Assembly: GCA_002633005.1 (NCBI GenBank)
Contig: NMRA01000035.1
Coordinates: 414,863 to 478,862 of the forward strand
Direction: 5' to 3'
Length of the DNA stretch: 64,000 nt
Origin: Phoronis australis
Taxonomy: Eukaryota > Animalia > Phoronida
How positions within the stretch are numbered: position 1 is the stretch's first letter; the number at the start of each line of letters is the position of its first letter. The position numbers were made by a program, and so were the translations under genes. A model generated the notes under the pieces. The model did no database searches. It was not told the DNA's origin and saw only the letters and a list, made by a program, of their open reading frames with translations. Positions 1 through 11,900 of the stretch are shown in pieces.

Positions 1-1030
1 GTAAGTTTCTGGCACTTAACATGTCTCTGGAGTTTTTCTTAAGATAATTAAAAACCCTTCTCGATTTCGTCACATGAACTTGGCACATAAGTTTCGTGAA
101 ACCATATTGTGCACATCTGGGTATGAGTCACGCCACCAGCAAAAATTTTTGTTGGAACATCTGCTTACACACACCTTTTTTAGCATACGAAAAGTCGTAT
201 ACGAAAAAGTGTGGTGTGTATACAGAGGTTTAGACAATTTCCAAATATTCAAAAGCATAATTAAGGAGCACTGACGGGACGTAAAAACTTGAATATCAGA
301 TGATCGCGTAACAGCAGCCTCAAGTTGTTTAAGAACGAAGACCTGTACTGTTAGTCCGGAAATAAACATGTGTTCTGTCTCGTTGCGAGCAAAAAACTGG
401 CGAACGATGGTGCTCTCAACTCATAGTCTATTATTAAAAGCGACAATAAATAATTAGGTATCACTTTATTAAGCTGAATCACGTTGTCAACAATTGAAAA
501 ACGTCAAATCTATCAGGAAACAAATTATCTGAAAACAGATTCACGAAACCAAAACATCCTGTGCACAGTGGTGAAAAGATACACTGGACTAGTTTGCAGA
601 GGGACCAGATGTACACTGAGAGTACACAAAAAGATGACTTTTTTATTTATTTATTTATTATTGTGATATTTAAGATGAGGGTGGCCTCTTCAGTAATAGC
701 ACTGCTTTCCAAGAGGGCCCTGGTCCGTCACGAGACCAAGAGTACACCTGTGCTTATTATACCTATATAAATAGTCGATCTGTCGCGGGACCAAACAGTA
801 CTGACTGAGATTAATAGTTTTACAAAGCACACTGTGGTAAAAAAATCACAACACTAGTCGCCGAGGAACCAGAAGTACACTGAAACTCAACATCTACACA
901 AATCAAGCTGGCCTGGTCCGTCGCGAGACCTAAAGTGTACTATGCAAAAACTTTTGAATTGAAAACTTCTCTCTAAAATTTTAATCCCCAGTGGTTACTC
1001 ATACGTTAGTCCTATCCTTCTGTTGTCTAN

Positions 1031-1345
1031 GGATTAGGGTTAGGTTTAGGTTTACGATTAAGGTTAGGGTTAGTGTTAGGGTTAGGGTTTAAGTTAGGGT
1101 TAGGGTTAGGATTAGGTTTAGGATTTAGGCTTAGCTTTAGGGTTAGAGTTATAGGGTTAGGGATATGTTTAGGGTTAGGGTTAGGTTTAGGGTTAGTTTT
1201 AGGGTTACGGTTAGGATTAGGTTTAGGGTCAGTGTTACGGTTAAGCTTAGGGTTATGGTTAGGATTAGATTTAGGAAAAGGGTTAGGGTTAGGTTTAGGG
1301 TTAGGTGTAGGGTTTGGTTTAGGTTTAGGGTTGGGGTTGGGGTTA
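1031..1345 (+). repeat. Degenerate telomere-like (TTAGGG)n interstitial array
   Basis: About 50 hexamers of TTAGGG and variants (TTTAGG, TTAGGA, TTACGG, TTGGGG). It begins right after an N at 1030. The GLGLGL/RVRVRF ORFs in the track are artefacts of this repeat. Confidence 0.9.
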
Positions 1346-1346
1346 T

Positions 1347-2620
1347 CTAGACGTTTAAGTACACCGATTTTTTGATAAATTCTGTGTGATGTTATCTATA
1401 TGCGCATATTAAATTTAAGATTGGGATATAAATTAAGGCCAAAGTACTTAAAATTGTCACATTACTCTCGATCGGAGAACCTTTGATAGAAACGGACATT
1501 TTCTGTTGTTTTAATTTCTGGTGGGTTCCCAACAGCGCGGACTTGGTTTTATTATCCTTCAGAGTGAGTTTATTGTGAACCAACCAGTCATGGATAAGGG
1601 CTAGTTCGCTGTTGAGAGTAGTTTCAAGTTCTTTTACTAATCCAGCTGTTGACATAATTGCATGCAAGTGTCATCAGCATATAAAACTGGTACACTAGCT
1701 GTTTTGGAGGACAATAGGGAGATCGTTAACAAAAATAGTAAATAATATAGAGGGAACAAAATGGAACCCCGGCTGAGGTACGCCCGTGATAACGGTTAAG
1801 TAGTCAGAAAGATCGAATACCGCCGTATTTGGTGGCCTCTTTACGATCGCATAAGTAGTTTTTGAACCAAAGGAGTGCGTTATCATTAACTTTATAGGAT
1901 TCTAGTTTCTTAAAAGAATACCCAGGTCCACAGTGTCAAAGGCTTTCTTAACGTCAACAAAGACAATACCAGTAAGCCTCCCCTGATCCATATTATTAAA
2001 GATAAACTCAGTAGCGTGAATGTTTGTAGTCAGAGTGGAATGCAAGGGGCGGAGACCAGACTGTGCTGTCGATAGAAGGGAATTTTCCTCTAGGAACTGG
2101 TAAAGCTGCTTTTGGACACACCTTTCAAGAATTTTGGACACTGTGCGGAGGACCGATATTGGTCTATAATTATCGCAACTGGACTTTTCACCGTCTTTAA
2201 AAACAGGAGTAACGACGGTTATCTTCCATTCTTTAGGAATTGTCGCCGTTTTTAAACTTTATATTGGTAAGGGGCTCAGCTATTTGCTGAGACCCCAGTT
2301 TTAATAGTTTGGCATCAATGCTATTGATGCTACTGGCACTACTAGAGTTGAGAGTCTTTATGTGTTCTCGGACCGTAGTCAACTTGAATATCCTGAAACT
2401 GAAATTCCCTCCGTACCTTGGGCGGAAGGTCAATATTTGACATACTGAATTTTTTAGTAAGTTTTTGGTCAATGCCAGTAAAAAAGTCATTAAATGCATG
2501 TGCTATTTTACTTTTGTCCGAAACAACGTCGTCACCAATTATAAGTGCAGTTTGCGACAGACTTGGACTTGTTAGGTAATATTGATTTCATGATTTTTCA
2601 AATTTTTTCTGTTAGATTTG
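1347..2620 (-). mobile_element. Decayed CR1/L2-clade non-LTR retrotransposon, reverse transcriptase region
   Basis: Frameshifted minus-strand fragments: SKILERCV, AQSGLRPLHST, FVDVKKAFDTVD, GVPQ, LFTIFVNDLP, LYADDT (about 1668-1685), WLVHNKLTL. Ends in IGVLKRL directly at the TTAGGG array. Confidence 0.88.
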
Positions 2621-4890
2621 TTTTCATTAATAACTAATTTTTTTGAAAATTGTCGATTTTACTGTACGATCGCTTTGACGGGCAAAAACGAAACAATCTG
2701 GGCTTTGTTTTGTGTAAAGTGGCTTTAGAGTAATATCAGAAAGTTGTTCTTACCCTTAGGACAACGGTAACATGGCAAAGAGTTCCAAATGTGTATGCAG
2801 TTTTTAGAGTTTCATTTTGCTATTCGGGCTTGGTTGACCTATGGGCCTTCAACAAGCACGTGAAGCTCATGCGACATGCTGAATGATTATGTATTGTCCA
2901 ATTAGGCCATGCATTGTTTGAAAAACTGGAGATGTACAAGACGCAACTCTAAAATTTCACCATGAGTTTTGTTTTAGTCACACAAACCTTTTACAGGATA
3001 CTGCAACAAGAGCTTTAAAGTCAGAAACGTGAGAACTTTGAAATTGGTCTCAGAATGTTCTTTAGTCAATTTATGGTCTTTAGCAGTGAGTTTCGGTTAT
3101 GCAAACTTGTCACGGCGAGTCCTTTTACTTGCCGATCATGCTCTCGACCAACGACGAGCAGTCAGCAAGTTCAAAAATCATTTCTCATCTGAGTAAGGAA
3201 AATTAAGTTAAGATCACCTTCATAACGGCACTAGTTAGTTGTCTAAATCAAATAGTTTCAGTGGCGACGGGCCACGGGGTAATCATAGTTCACTGCATTT
3301 CGGCCATTTTCGTTGTCTACAAAACGAACTTATGATAAGGTCCGTTACTGTCATAAATCGGTATCATAACATTCCTAACCTTGTAGTATTTTATTTGTGC
3401 AACGGTGTTATCATCAAGAACACCAAAACCATCAGCTTCTCAAGAAAACGCTTCGGAGTCTTTGGCGAAACTTAAAATTCGAAAATGTCTGACTTCGCCT
3501 GATAACGAATCCGGCTATCACCGTAGGAATATTACGCAACCAATCATTTTCGATCTAAATCAATGTTTTTATTCTACTGAATGTGTAACAATGCCAGCGT
3601 CCGCCATGTGATTTGAAGGACTCGTCTCCCACAGACAAGTTTTGGAAATTTTACAATTAAAAAAAGTTTAAATTTTTCATTTTATTTGTCGACCACGCAC
3701 GAGCGTACTGCTGCACATAACAGTATTAGCTATAATACCCTATTGCGGCCTACGGGGAATACTTTTCTTCTCATGCTTGTTGCCATAGAGCTTTGAATCA
3801 ACCGTGTTGACGTCACATGCATAGGTCAGTCAAGCGTCTGAATGGGTAATGTACCTGCAGTGTTTTCTTTCCAAATGCATCAAACTTTAGATTACAATTT
3901 ATTGCTGGTCACATCATTAAAAGAACATTCAACTACCCCCTAACAACACTACTGACACAAACTAAAAACAGTACTCCCCAACATTTGGAAACAATACTGG
4001 TCCACACAATGTTAGCACAGTTTTCCCTAGAAACATCTAAATTAAAACTCACAACAGTAAACATAAACAGTTTCCACAATACTACTGGTAAACAACCATG
4101 CCCAAAATGGCAAGTAGCACAAGGCGCGGCAACAACAGCACTCCAGTTAATAAAACTGAATAACTGTACTCCCCTGACAAGAGCCCAAAAAGTTTGTGTT
4201 TCAAAAATTGAAGTTAAAACAGTAGAATCTCACCAAGTTGGGACACAATATGGCGGACAAGTGAAATTTATGTTTTTATTTTTTCATAAAGTTAAGATAT
4301 TTTGCGTTTACCATGTTCACGTTCTGTACCATAGCTACCACCACACAATCTTTTAAAAAATTGTGGACATTCACAAAAATGTTAAGAGACCATAAATACA
4401 AAGAAAGGGTAAGTTTTGGCAATGATTTTGTCCGACACTGCTGAGATTTCACTGTAAGGAAACGTTCACTAAAAATCAAGGTATGTGCACAACATATCAG
4501 CTGTTGGCAAGTGACTTCAGGGTTTACACAACTTGCAATAACTACTTGATTGATCCTTTTTACAGAGCACTGGTCCTTGTATTAAATGTTATGAACATTT
4601 AGGACACTTCTCAAGGAGACGAAATGCAAAAATAAAAAATTGATAGATTCATTGCCCAAAACAATAGAGGTATACTTCTCAAATAAATGACTTCAACAAC
4701 ATCAGAGATTATTTTGAACACATTAGAACATAAAAGAAATAAAGTACAGTGTAAAGCATAAAAAGGAGGCACAGTATGAAGTAAAAATAAATGACAACAA
4801 TATTTTCATTAATAATAATAATGAATGCTCTAAAGTAATGCCAGTGATATAAAGGTTTACTACAAAACCCAACAACTATCACGTAATAAC

Positions 4891-5152
4891 AATAGGAGAC
4901 TTTCAAACAGCAACTCGGCGAGTGGTCACGTGAGACCGGATACCAGTGGCCTTTGGCAGACGAGGAGCCATTTTGTAACTTTTTTTAAAATACATTCCGT
5001 GTAATCACATACAATGTGAATGGGTCTTTTCATAAAGTCAAACTGTTCGCCCATGCCCCCCGCTGGGAAGACAAAGTAAGTTCTGGATCAGCAAGGTGGC
5101 GGTCACTGGTCTCACGTGATCAACCTGCAGTGCTTCCTGAAAAGCTCCCATT
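4891..5152. mobile_element. MITE with degenerate ~50-bp terminal inverted repeats
   Basis: Left AATAGGAGACTTTCA...GTGGTCACGTGAGACC matches the reverse complement of right GGTCTCACGTGATCAAC...TGAAAAGCTCCCATT. Confidence 0.6.
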
Positions 5153-5993
5153 ATACGATTAACAGAGAAGATTGTACTAGCAATATTTATATATGTTTAA
5201 CATTTTTTAACTTTACTTCAAGTGTAAATTTATTCCCTATAAAGTAGCACTGTTTGCCAACAAATATTTGGAGAAATAGCAAAATAGTAAGCCTCACATT
5301 AAAAAAGGCAATTACAATTAACAGCAATTTTTGTCCTTGAGTGAAATGTCTTTGCTGCAAACCTTTTCACCCAAAAGCAGGACATGAATCCAACCATTTA
5401 GCAAAATGGTACATTTTCCTGTTCAAGTACAGGTCAAACTGCAATATCATAAATTCGATCAGCAGTTACACTGACAACCACACAATGTCCTTGCCAAAGC
5501 ATGACTAGATAAAAATTAAATTTTATACTGCACGATTCACAATGCAATAATTGAAAATATGTCTTAGATGATCACATGATGTGCAAATGAGCAGTTTTTG
5601 AGCATCATACGGTATGCACGTTATAGTTGAGTAGTTTGGCTAAAAGACTACCTCCACCCATTTCTAAAGTCTACAAATGTCCTACACCCAAATCAAAACA
5701 GCCGATACTTTTAGTTCCTTAAAAGTGCTCAGGTCTGCGAACACCAACCTGAAATTTTTCAGACCTCAAATGTTCTCCCACTTTGCTCACCTGCAACTAA
5801 CAAACAGTGCATTCAGTACATTCGGCCAAAATTTTATTTTTCAGTTGCACCTGAAGTGACTTATTTAATACAAATCCTCTGGGTGTTAACTCGAATTTGC
5901 AATTTGAGTAAATGCCCGTTGCAGACTTGCCGCAGGTTTGAACTAGTTTCACAGACAAAAAAAATCCAAATACAGATTCACAATTTGAGATAG

Positions 5994-8900
5994 TTAGTTC
6001 ACACTAATCACAGAGTTATAACAAACTGGATGAATGCCATCATTAGTGTGTGGGTTAATGAGCTTGTCATGTTCACATGGACTATCACCTTCATTCTTGT
6101 CTGTGATCCTGTTGTAATCATCACGGGCCCAGTGTTGTACCTCACCAGAACCAAACACCAGGAAGACGACGATGCCAAGCAGGTAGAGCCCTGCTGCTAT
6201 GTAGAACACAATAGACCACCTGGCTATGGTTTCCTGGAAATTCACGAAGTATACAGAAAAAACTAAAGATAACACTACTGACCGAGAGTTCCAATTAACA
6301 AAAAGGAATTATCTAGGCTACAAAAACATGATTTTGGGCAAACAATCTCCATAAGTATGCGTTAGGTAGACAAACAGATTTCTTTGGAAAATCTCCTGTA
6401 CAAATACTCAGGAACAAGCAAAATTGTAAGGACAAAGAAAGAGTGTTGAAGCAAGTAACTTCATTGTTGAAAAATAAAAAAAAATTTTTGAATACCTTTT
6501 TGAACAACAATAAACTTTCTGGAGTATCACTGGGGGTTTGATAGGGAGGTACAAAGAACAGTGTTAGTGTAGTACATGGACATTTAGAATAACATATTCA
6601 AGAAAAAAGGAAGCACTGGTTAGGACCTATACTTGTAATTTTGATACTTGATTACATTGCTGATCCACGACATAGGGTTTCAACCATTTGGTGGAATCAC
6701 TGAAATCGACGCAGGTACCATAATGGATCAACCCGTTTAAATACTTGGTTTCTTTACGCAAAGCATCGCACTGCAATCACTGAGGTCACAAGTTCAAATC
6801 AGTCTTCGGGCAGATCTCAAATACACAGCACTGCGGCTGATAAGGCAACTACACACCTTAACTACAAGAGTCACAGTACTCCAATATCTTTTCCAATATG
6901 GCGGAGAAGTGACAAATTAGTTTTACCAAAACTTCCAATAAAAGTGAACAGGAAGAAAATTTCATTTCATCATTTCCCAAGTTTATCACGTACACTTATT
7001 GTTATCAATAAACCCACAATGAAATTCAAGTACTTTAACAATACAGATAACTTCTGAATGTTGGAAAACAGATTACTTTTGTTCGAATTCTGGAGAATTT
7101 TACCATCAAATGTTAACGCATGAAAACATGATTTGAAATATTTCATCACAGTACAAACATATAAAGTGCACACTCAGAAACAACCCCCATGGATTTGCAG
7201 GCACTTCACAATCTTACCTGTAAGTCCTGATTTTTCAAAAATCTTTATAACTTCGTAAGATCTGAAAATTTTAAATAACTTTGAACCCTTAAACCCCCAG
7301 CACTACCGCAGTGAGTATGGAAACAGCTCTATAACAACATTCTTACTTGTTCATTGGTCAGGATTCCGACGACTTGCGGGGCCAGAATACCTGACAACGT
7401 ACCAGCTGTGTTCGTGATGCCATACAGTGTGCCTGGAGAGTATTAGTATTAGAATTATGGTTGGTTGCAAGACAAATTCAAAAAGCAATTACATCAACTA
7501 ACATCAACACAATACTAACAGCTTTGAAAAATTGACTATAATAAATTATTTCAGATTAGAAAGCCTGGAGTCAGTGAGACTAGTTACTGTGTATTCACCA
7601 GGAGGCGCTAGTAAAGGAAGGGTTCTCTAACATCTGAACAAACTGAGAACAGAAAACTGTTTTCCAATCCAGGCCAAAAGTATTACCTTGGGACTATTTC
7701 AATGCATGCGTTTTTAGATAGAACTATCGTCTCACTAGAGCTATACAATTAAGCTCGTCATTGATTGGGTTTCACTGGTAAAAGATGAAAGATCAGTTGA
7801 GATGTTGACAACTTAAGCTGTCATTTATAGGTAGTTAAGACATAGCATGAGGCATAGATTGATTGATTGAATTTATTTAGTTGACAGAATATAAAATATA
7901 CTACTAAAAACTTCACGTGAACTTTAAAAAATAAAATTCAGAATCACAACAGAAGAGATGACAATTGAAAACTACGACGACAGAGATAACACAGGAAAGT
8001 TTAAAGTTGCTGTATTTTGCAACGTTTAGTTGGCGAAAAATGAAAATTGAATAAGGCCGTTTATTCACATGAAATTGGTCTCATAATCTTCCTTACCATG
8101 ATAGGATTCTATGTGCATTGCCAACACGAATATCGACACCATCAGTGATTCAGGAAAATGCTTGAGAGTTTACTGAGGTTGGCCAAGGCCAAAATAATTG
8201 TGAATTCAAAAACGACACACACACATATCCTATGACTCCCATCGGTGATTCAGGAAAATGCTTGAGAGTTTATTGAGCTTGGCCAAGGCTAAAATAATTT
8301 TGAATTCGAAAACAACTCACATACACATATCCTATGACTCCAATTGGTATTGGAACTAGAATCCTATCATGGTAAGGGACATTTACGAGATCAGTTTTGT
8401 GCATCAAAGGCCTAATTCAATTTCCTTAAAAATTTGAACGGGTCAAAATGTGGCTTTAAAAAACTTATTTCCACTTTGGTTCACAACACAAATATGTTAC
8501 AATAATAAAAGTTGAAAAATAATAGCTGATCATTATACATGAGTACAATTAAATAGATAAATTAAAATACATGGAAAAAGTTATAAATAAATACATCAAC
8601 ACATAAAATAGTATTAATAATAACGTAGGTGTTGTAAAAAGATCCAGTCATTGACAAGTAAAGTGACAGAAATAAAGTATAGAACTTATAAGACTGTATG
8701 TAAATGGTTAAGTGTCAAGCAGTGAGAATCACAGAACAGAAATTGATAGAGTTGGTTTATTCAGACATAGAGCTTCTAATCCATATAAAAATAATATTCA
8801 ATGTCCATGCAAGTGTTGTTTATATCGATCTGTTGGAAAGTGTTCATTACAACCCATGAGTGTTGGAAACAGTAATGTCTCTTGTTAGTACACTTACTTT

Positions 8901-11900
8901 TTCAGGCATATCCAAAATAAGTTGAACCAAAGATAGCACAAGGTTTCATCGGAAGCCAGTTTTTAATCAAGATTGTTGCATTTGGCCATATTTGATGACA
9001 GGTGTTAAAAATCTTTCAAGCAAGCACTGTCGGAAAACTTTGTTTTAATTCCGTTTTGCACATTGTTGGTGAAAACAATCAGGCTGTAAATTAAGCCAAA
9101 GCTTGCTTACCTCCCATGACCTACCATAATATATCTATGAGACTCAAAACATTTTACATACAATCTAAAAAAAGAATTTTGATTGCACTCAGTAAAAACA
9201 AAAGGTTTTTGCAGCAAAATGAGAACCCGGCAATGAAGAGTGGAAATAATAGGCTGTATGGATACAAAACATTTCAAAGACAGCCTTATCTAACAGGCCC
9301 ATCCTGAATAGAATACTCCTCTTTAGAGGACGTAGCAAACTACACTGCATGACTGACCTACTTTTCAAAATGTCAGGACTTTTACTCCTGAGTTGATTAC
9401 AAGGGAAGCAAATACATCCAGCACTGATATTTGCCCTTTTTGCCAGATTTTATTCAGTACAACTGGAACTCAAAGTGCTGTAATACAAGTTTGCCTGTAT
9501 TACAAAGATGAATGACACAATAATAAGGATAAGATATGAGACAGGGACTGGTGCATTTGCACGCGAAGAAGCTGCTAAGCAAGTGCTTGTCAAGCATGTT
9601 GCATTGTGGGTAAATACCTTAGAATGAGTGTGGTGCTGTGCTATTTCAGGACAGGACCATTTGAGTGAAATCAGAACGATTACTGCATTACAACCACCTC
9701 CAAGTCTAGCAAACCAGCCTATAAAGCAGTGACCTCAAGGTGATCATTCAATAGAAATCCAACATTAGTCACACCACCAAACATCACAGCCATAGTAAGG
9801 ATAGCAACAGCTAGAGTACTATCACAGCCCACACAGGTGCACGCTATTAAGAAACCTGCATGGAAAGCCATGCCTGAAATGATGCAGTGTGGTCAATTCA
9901 GTGGTGAAATCAGGAAACGTTATGCAGAGAAATGACAGCAAATTAACATGAAGTATAAATAGAAGAAAGAGCAGATTCTCACAAAAAATCATTTGTTGCA
10001 TTCATTGGTGAAAAGTTCATACCATGTAAAAATGATTCCATGAGACTACGGTTAATAATACAACTCATCACCGGAAACAACACCGGGATTTTCCGTAGAT
10101 TAGCCCACAGCCGTGTATTCAGAAAACTGTCAGGTGCTTCAGTAATACCAAATAAACGCCCACACGTTTATTTGGAAAAGGGGGGTCATGTAAACCGAAA
10201 GTCATAGTTTTGGCTACCCAAATGCCATGCGATATGTATTTTTCTAAGTGAAACAGTCCTTCTGGGTGGATTGGTAGTCCTTAAAAAGACTGTTGTGAAT
10301 ATTCTGACACCTGTTGATAACGTTAATTGTGTCACAGCCTATTAGTTTTTGCAATATCCGCCCAGCGGGACAAATGAGCATGTCACTTCCAGACTTCCTT
10401 GTGGGCTTCTTAAGAGGAAATTTTCTGAATAAATGCCCCACTATACGGACACTTGACACCAGAAGTTGTAACACCAAATAAATGCCCATGGGCATTTCTT
10501 CGAGTGGGCTTATCTATGGGAAATCATGATAAGAATTTTTAAATTTCAAAGATCAAGATTGCCCATCTTCGTCTGATGTTGTAATGCAGACTAGTCAGGC
10601 GTAGTGATTGACACGGAGTACTCTGCTTAAAGACTGAGTTCAAACACCCTTCTTTTATAAAAAGTTCAATTGAAAATAGAAAAAATTATAAAGAGCATAT
10701 GCGTGTAGGTGTGTGAAATTTCAAAGTCAACAAAAATTTGAATTTCATTGTACATTACATCCCTCTTGTTCACTGTTGACATGTAAGGAAGTCTACACGC
10801 ATGAGGTACCTGGTTACACAGCACAGCAGGATATGTATGTCCTGACAAGACTGATGAACCCCGAGAGGGGGATTCTGTAATCAGTAGAGCAGCTAGGACA
10901 CATGGCTATAGCTTTTTTGTGAAAATCTGCAATGCTCAATTTAGCCCAAATTGGTTAATAAGTAAAATCCAAAAGTCAAAACACAGTCATGTCTACAGTC
11001 TAGTCTGCCAACGTTTACCTGCAAATGTGGGCGCAATGTCCAAATGATTGACAGCATACCCCACACCAAAGAACCCACCAAAACCGCCCGCCACTGATAG
11101 GATAGCAGTAACAATGGCACTCTGGCATCGTAGTTGTGCAACAAACACTAAAGGAACTAAACATCCGACGCCACCTATAGAGATTTAACAGAAAGCGAAA
11201 TATTACATTTACTGCCTTACGAATAAAATTTGGGTCAGCTCATGTGACCATTCTCAAAAATAGCAGACAAAATTACTGTGCAGCAGTTCACTCAAGTTAA
11301 GTTTACAGCTTGTCACCGATGGCACTCACGTTGTACAAATTTTCTTTCATCGAAGTCTAAGAGACAATAGCTTTCTGAAGGAGTATATGACAGTTGAAAG
11401 TCATCAGCATTGATATGTACATCTTCATGTACTGTTAGTTCTTCTTAGGTGTACCAACTGAGGTAATTAAACTGTACAGTCATGAAGACGACAAACGGTC
11501 ACTTCAATGATTCGCTATCTGACTATTTTTGTTCAAACAAATTCTATTAACAAGCCTAGTTATACCTACCTATTGTAGTGTTAAATTTTCGGACAACTGC
11601 AGTGCTGAAGTAGCCTCTTTCTCTCACCAAGTCACTCAGTGGTCCAACAAAGAGCATTACTATCCAGCTTGATAAGTACGGAATGGCGGACAGAAAGGAA
11701 TCCTATAAGTAACACTAGGCTAAAAGGTTCTGCATTGAAATTGTGTTTGATCCTTCAAATGCAGTTAATACACTGATAAAGACAACAAGCATACGTGTCA
11801 TTCCATTTTTTAAGCCAATTTATGGGAATGACCTTACGTGACCACTTTCTGTCATAATTTTTTTCTCGTGATCATTCATCATCCACAGCTGGCTTTCGGC

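Noticed and set aside
590-945. CRISPR array
   Set aside because: The repeats are too degenerate, the spacing is irregular, the context is eukaryotic and there are no cas genes.
1073-1375. GLGLGL / RVRVRF ORFs
   Set aside because: These are translation artefacts of the TTAGGG-like array.
10840-10905. Hammerhead ribozyme or SECIS-like hairpin (CTGATGA-ACCCC-GAGA-GGGG), also at ~15240-15300
   Set aside because: There is no GAAA after stem II. It is antisense and intronic to the host gene, and the internal stop in the gene is TAG, not TGA.
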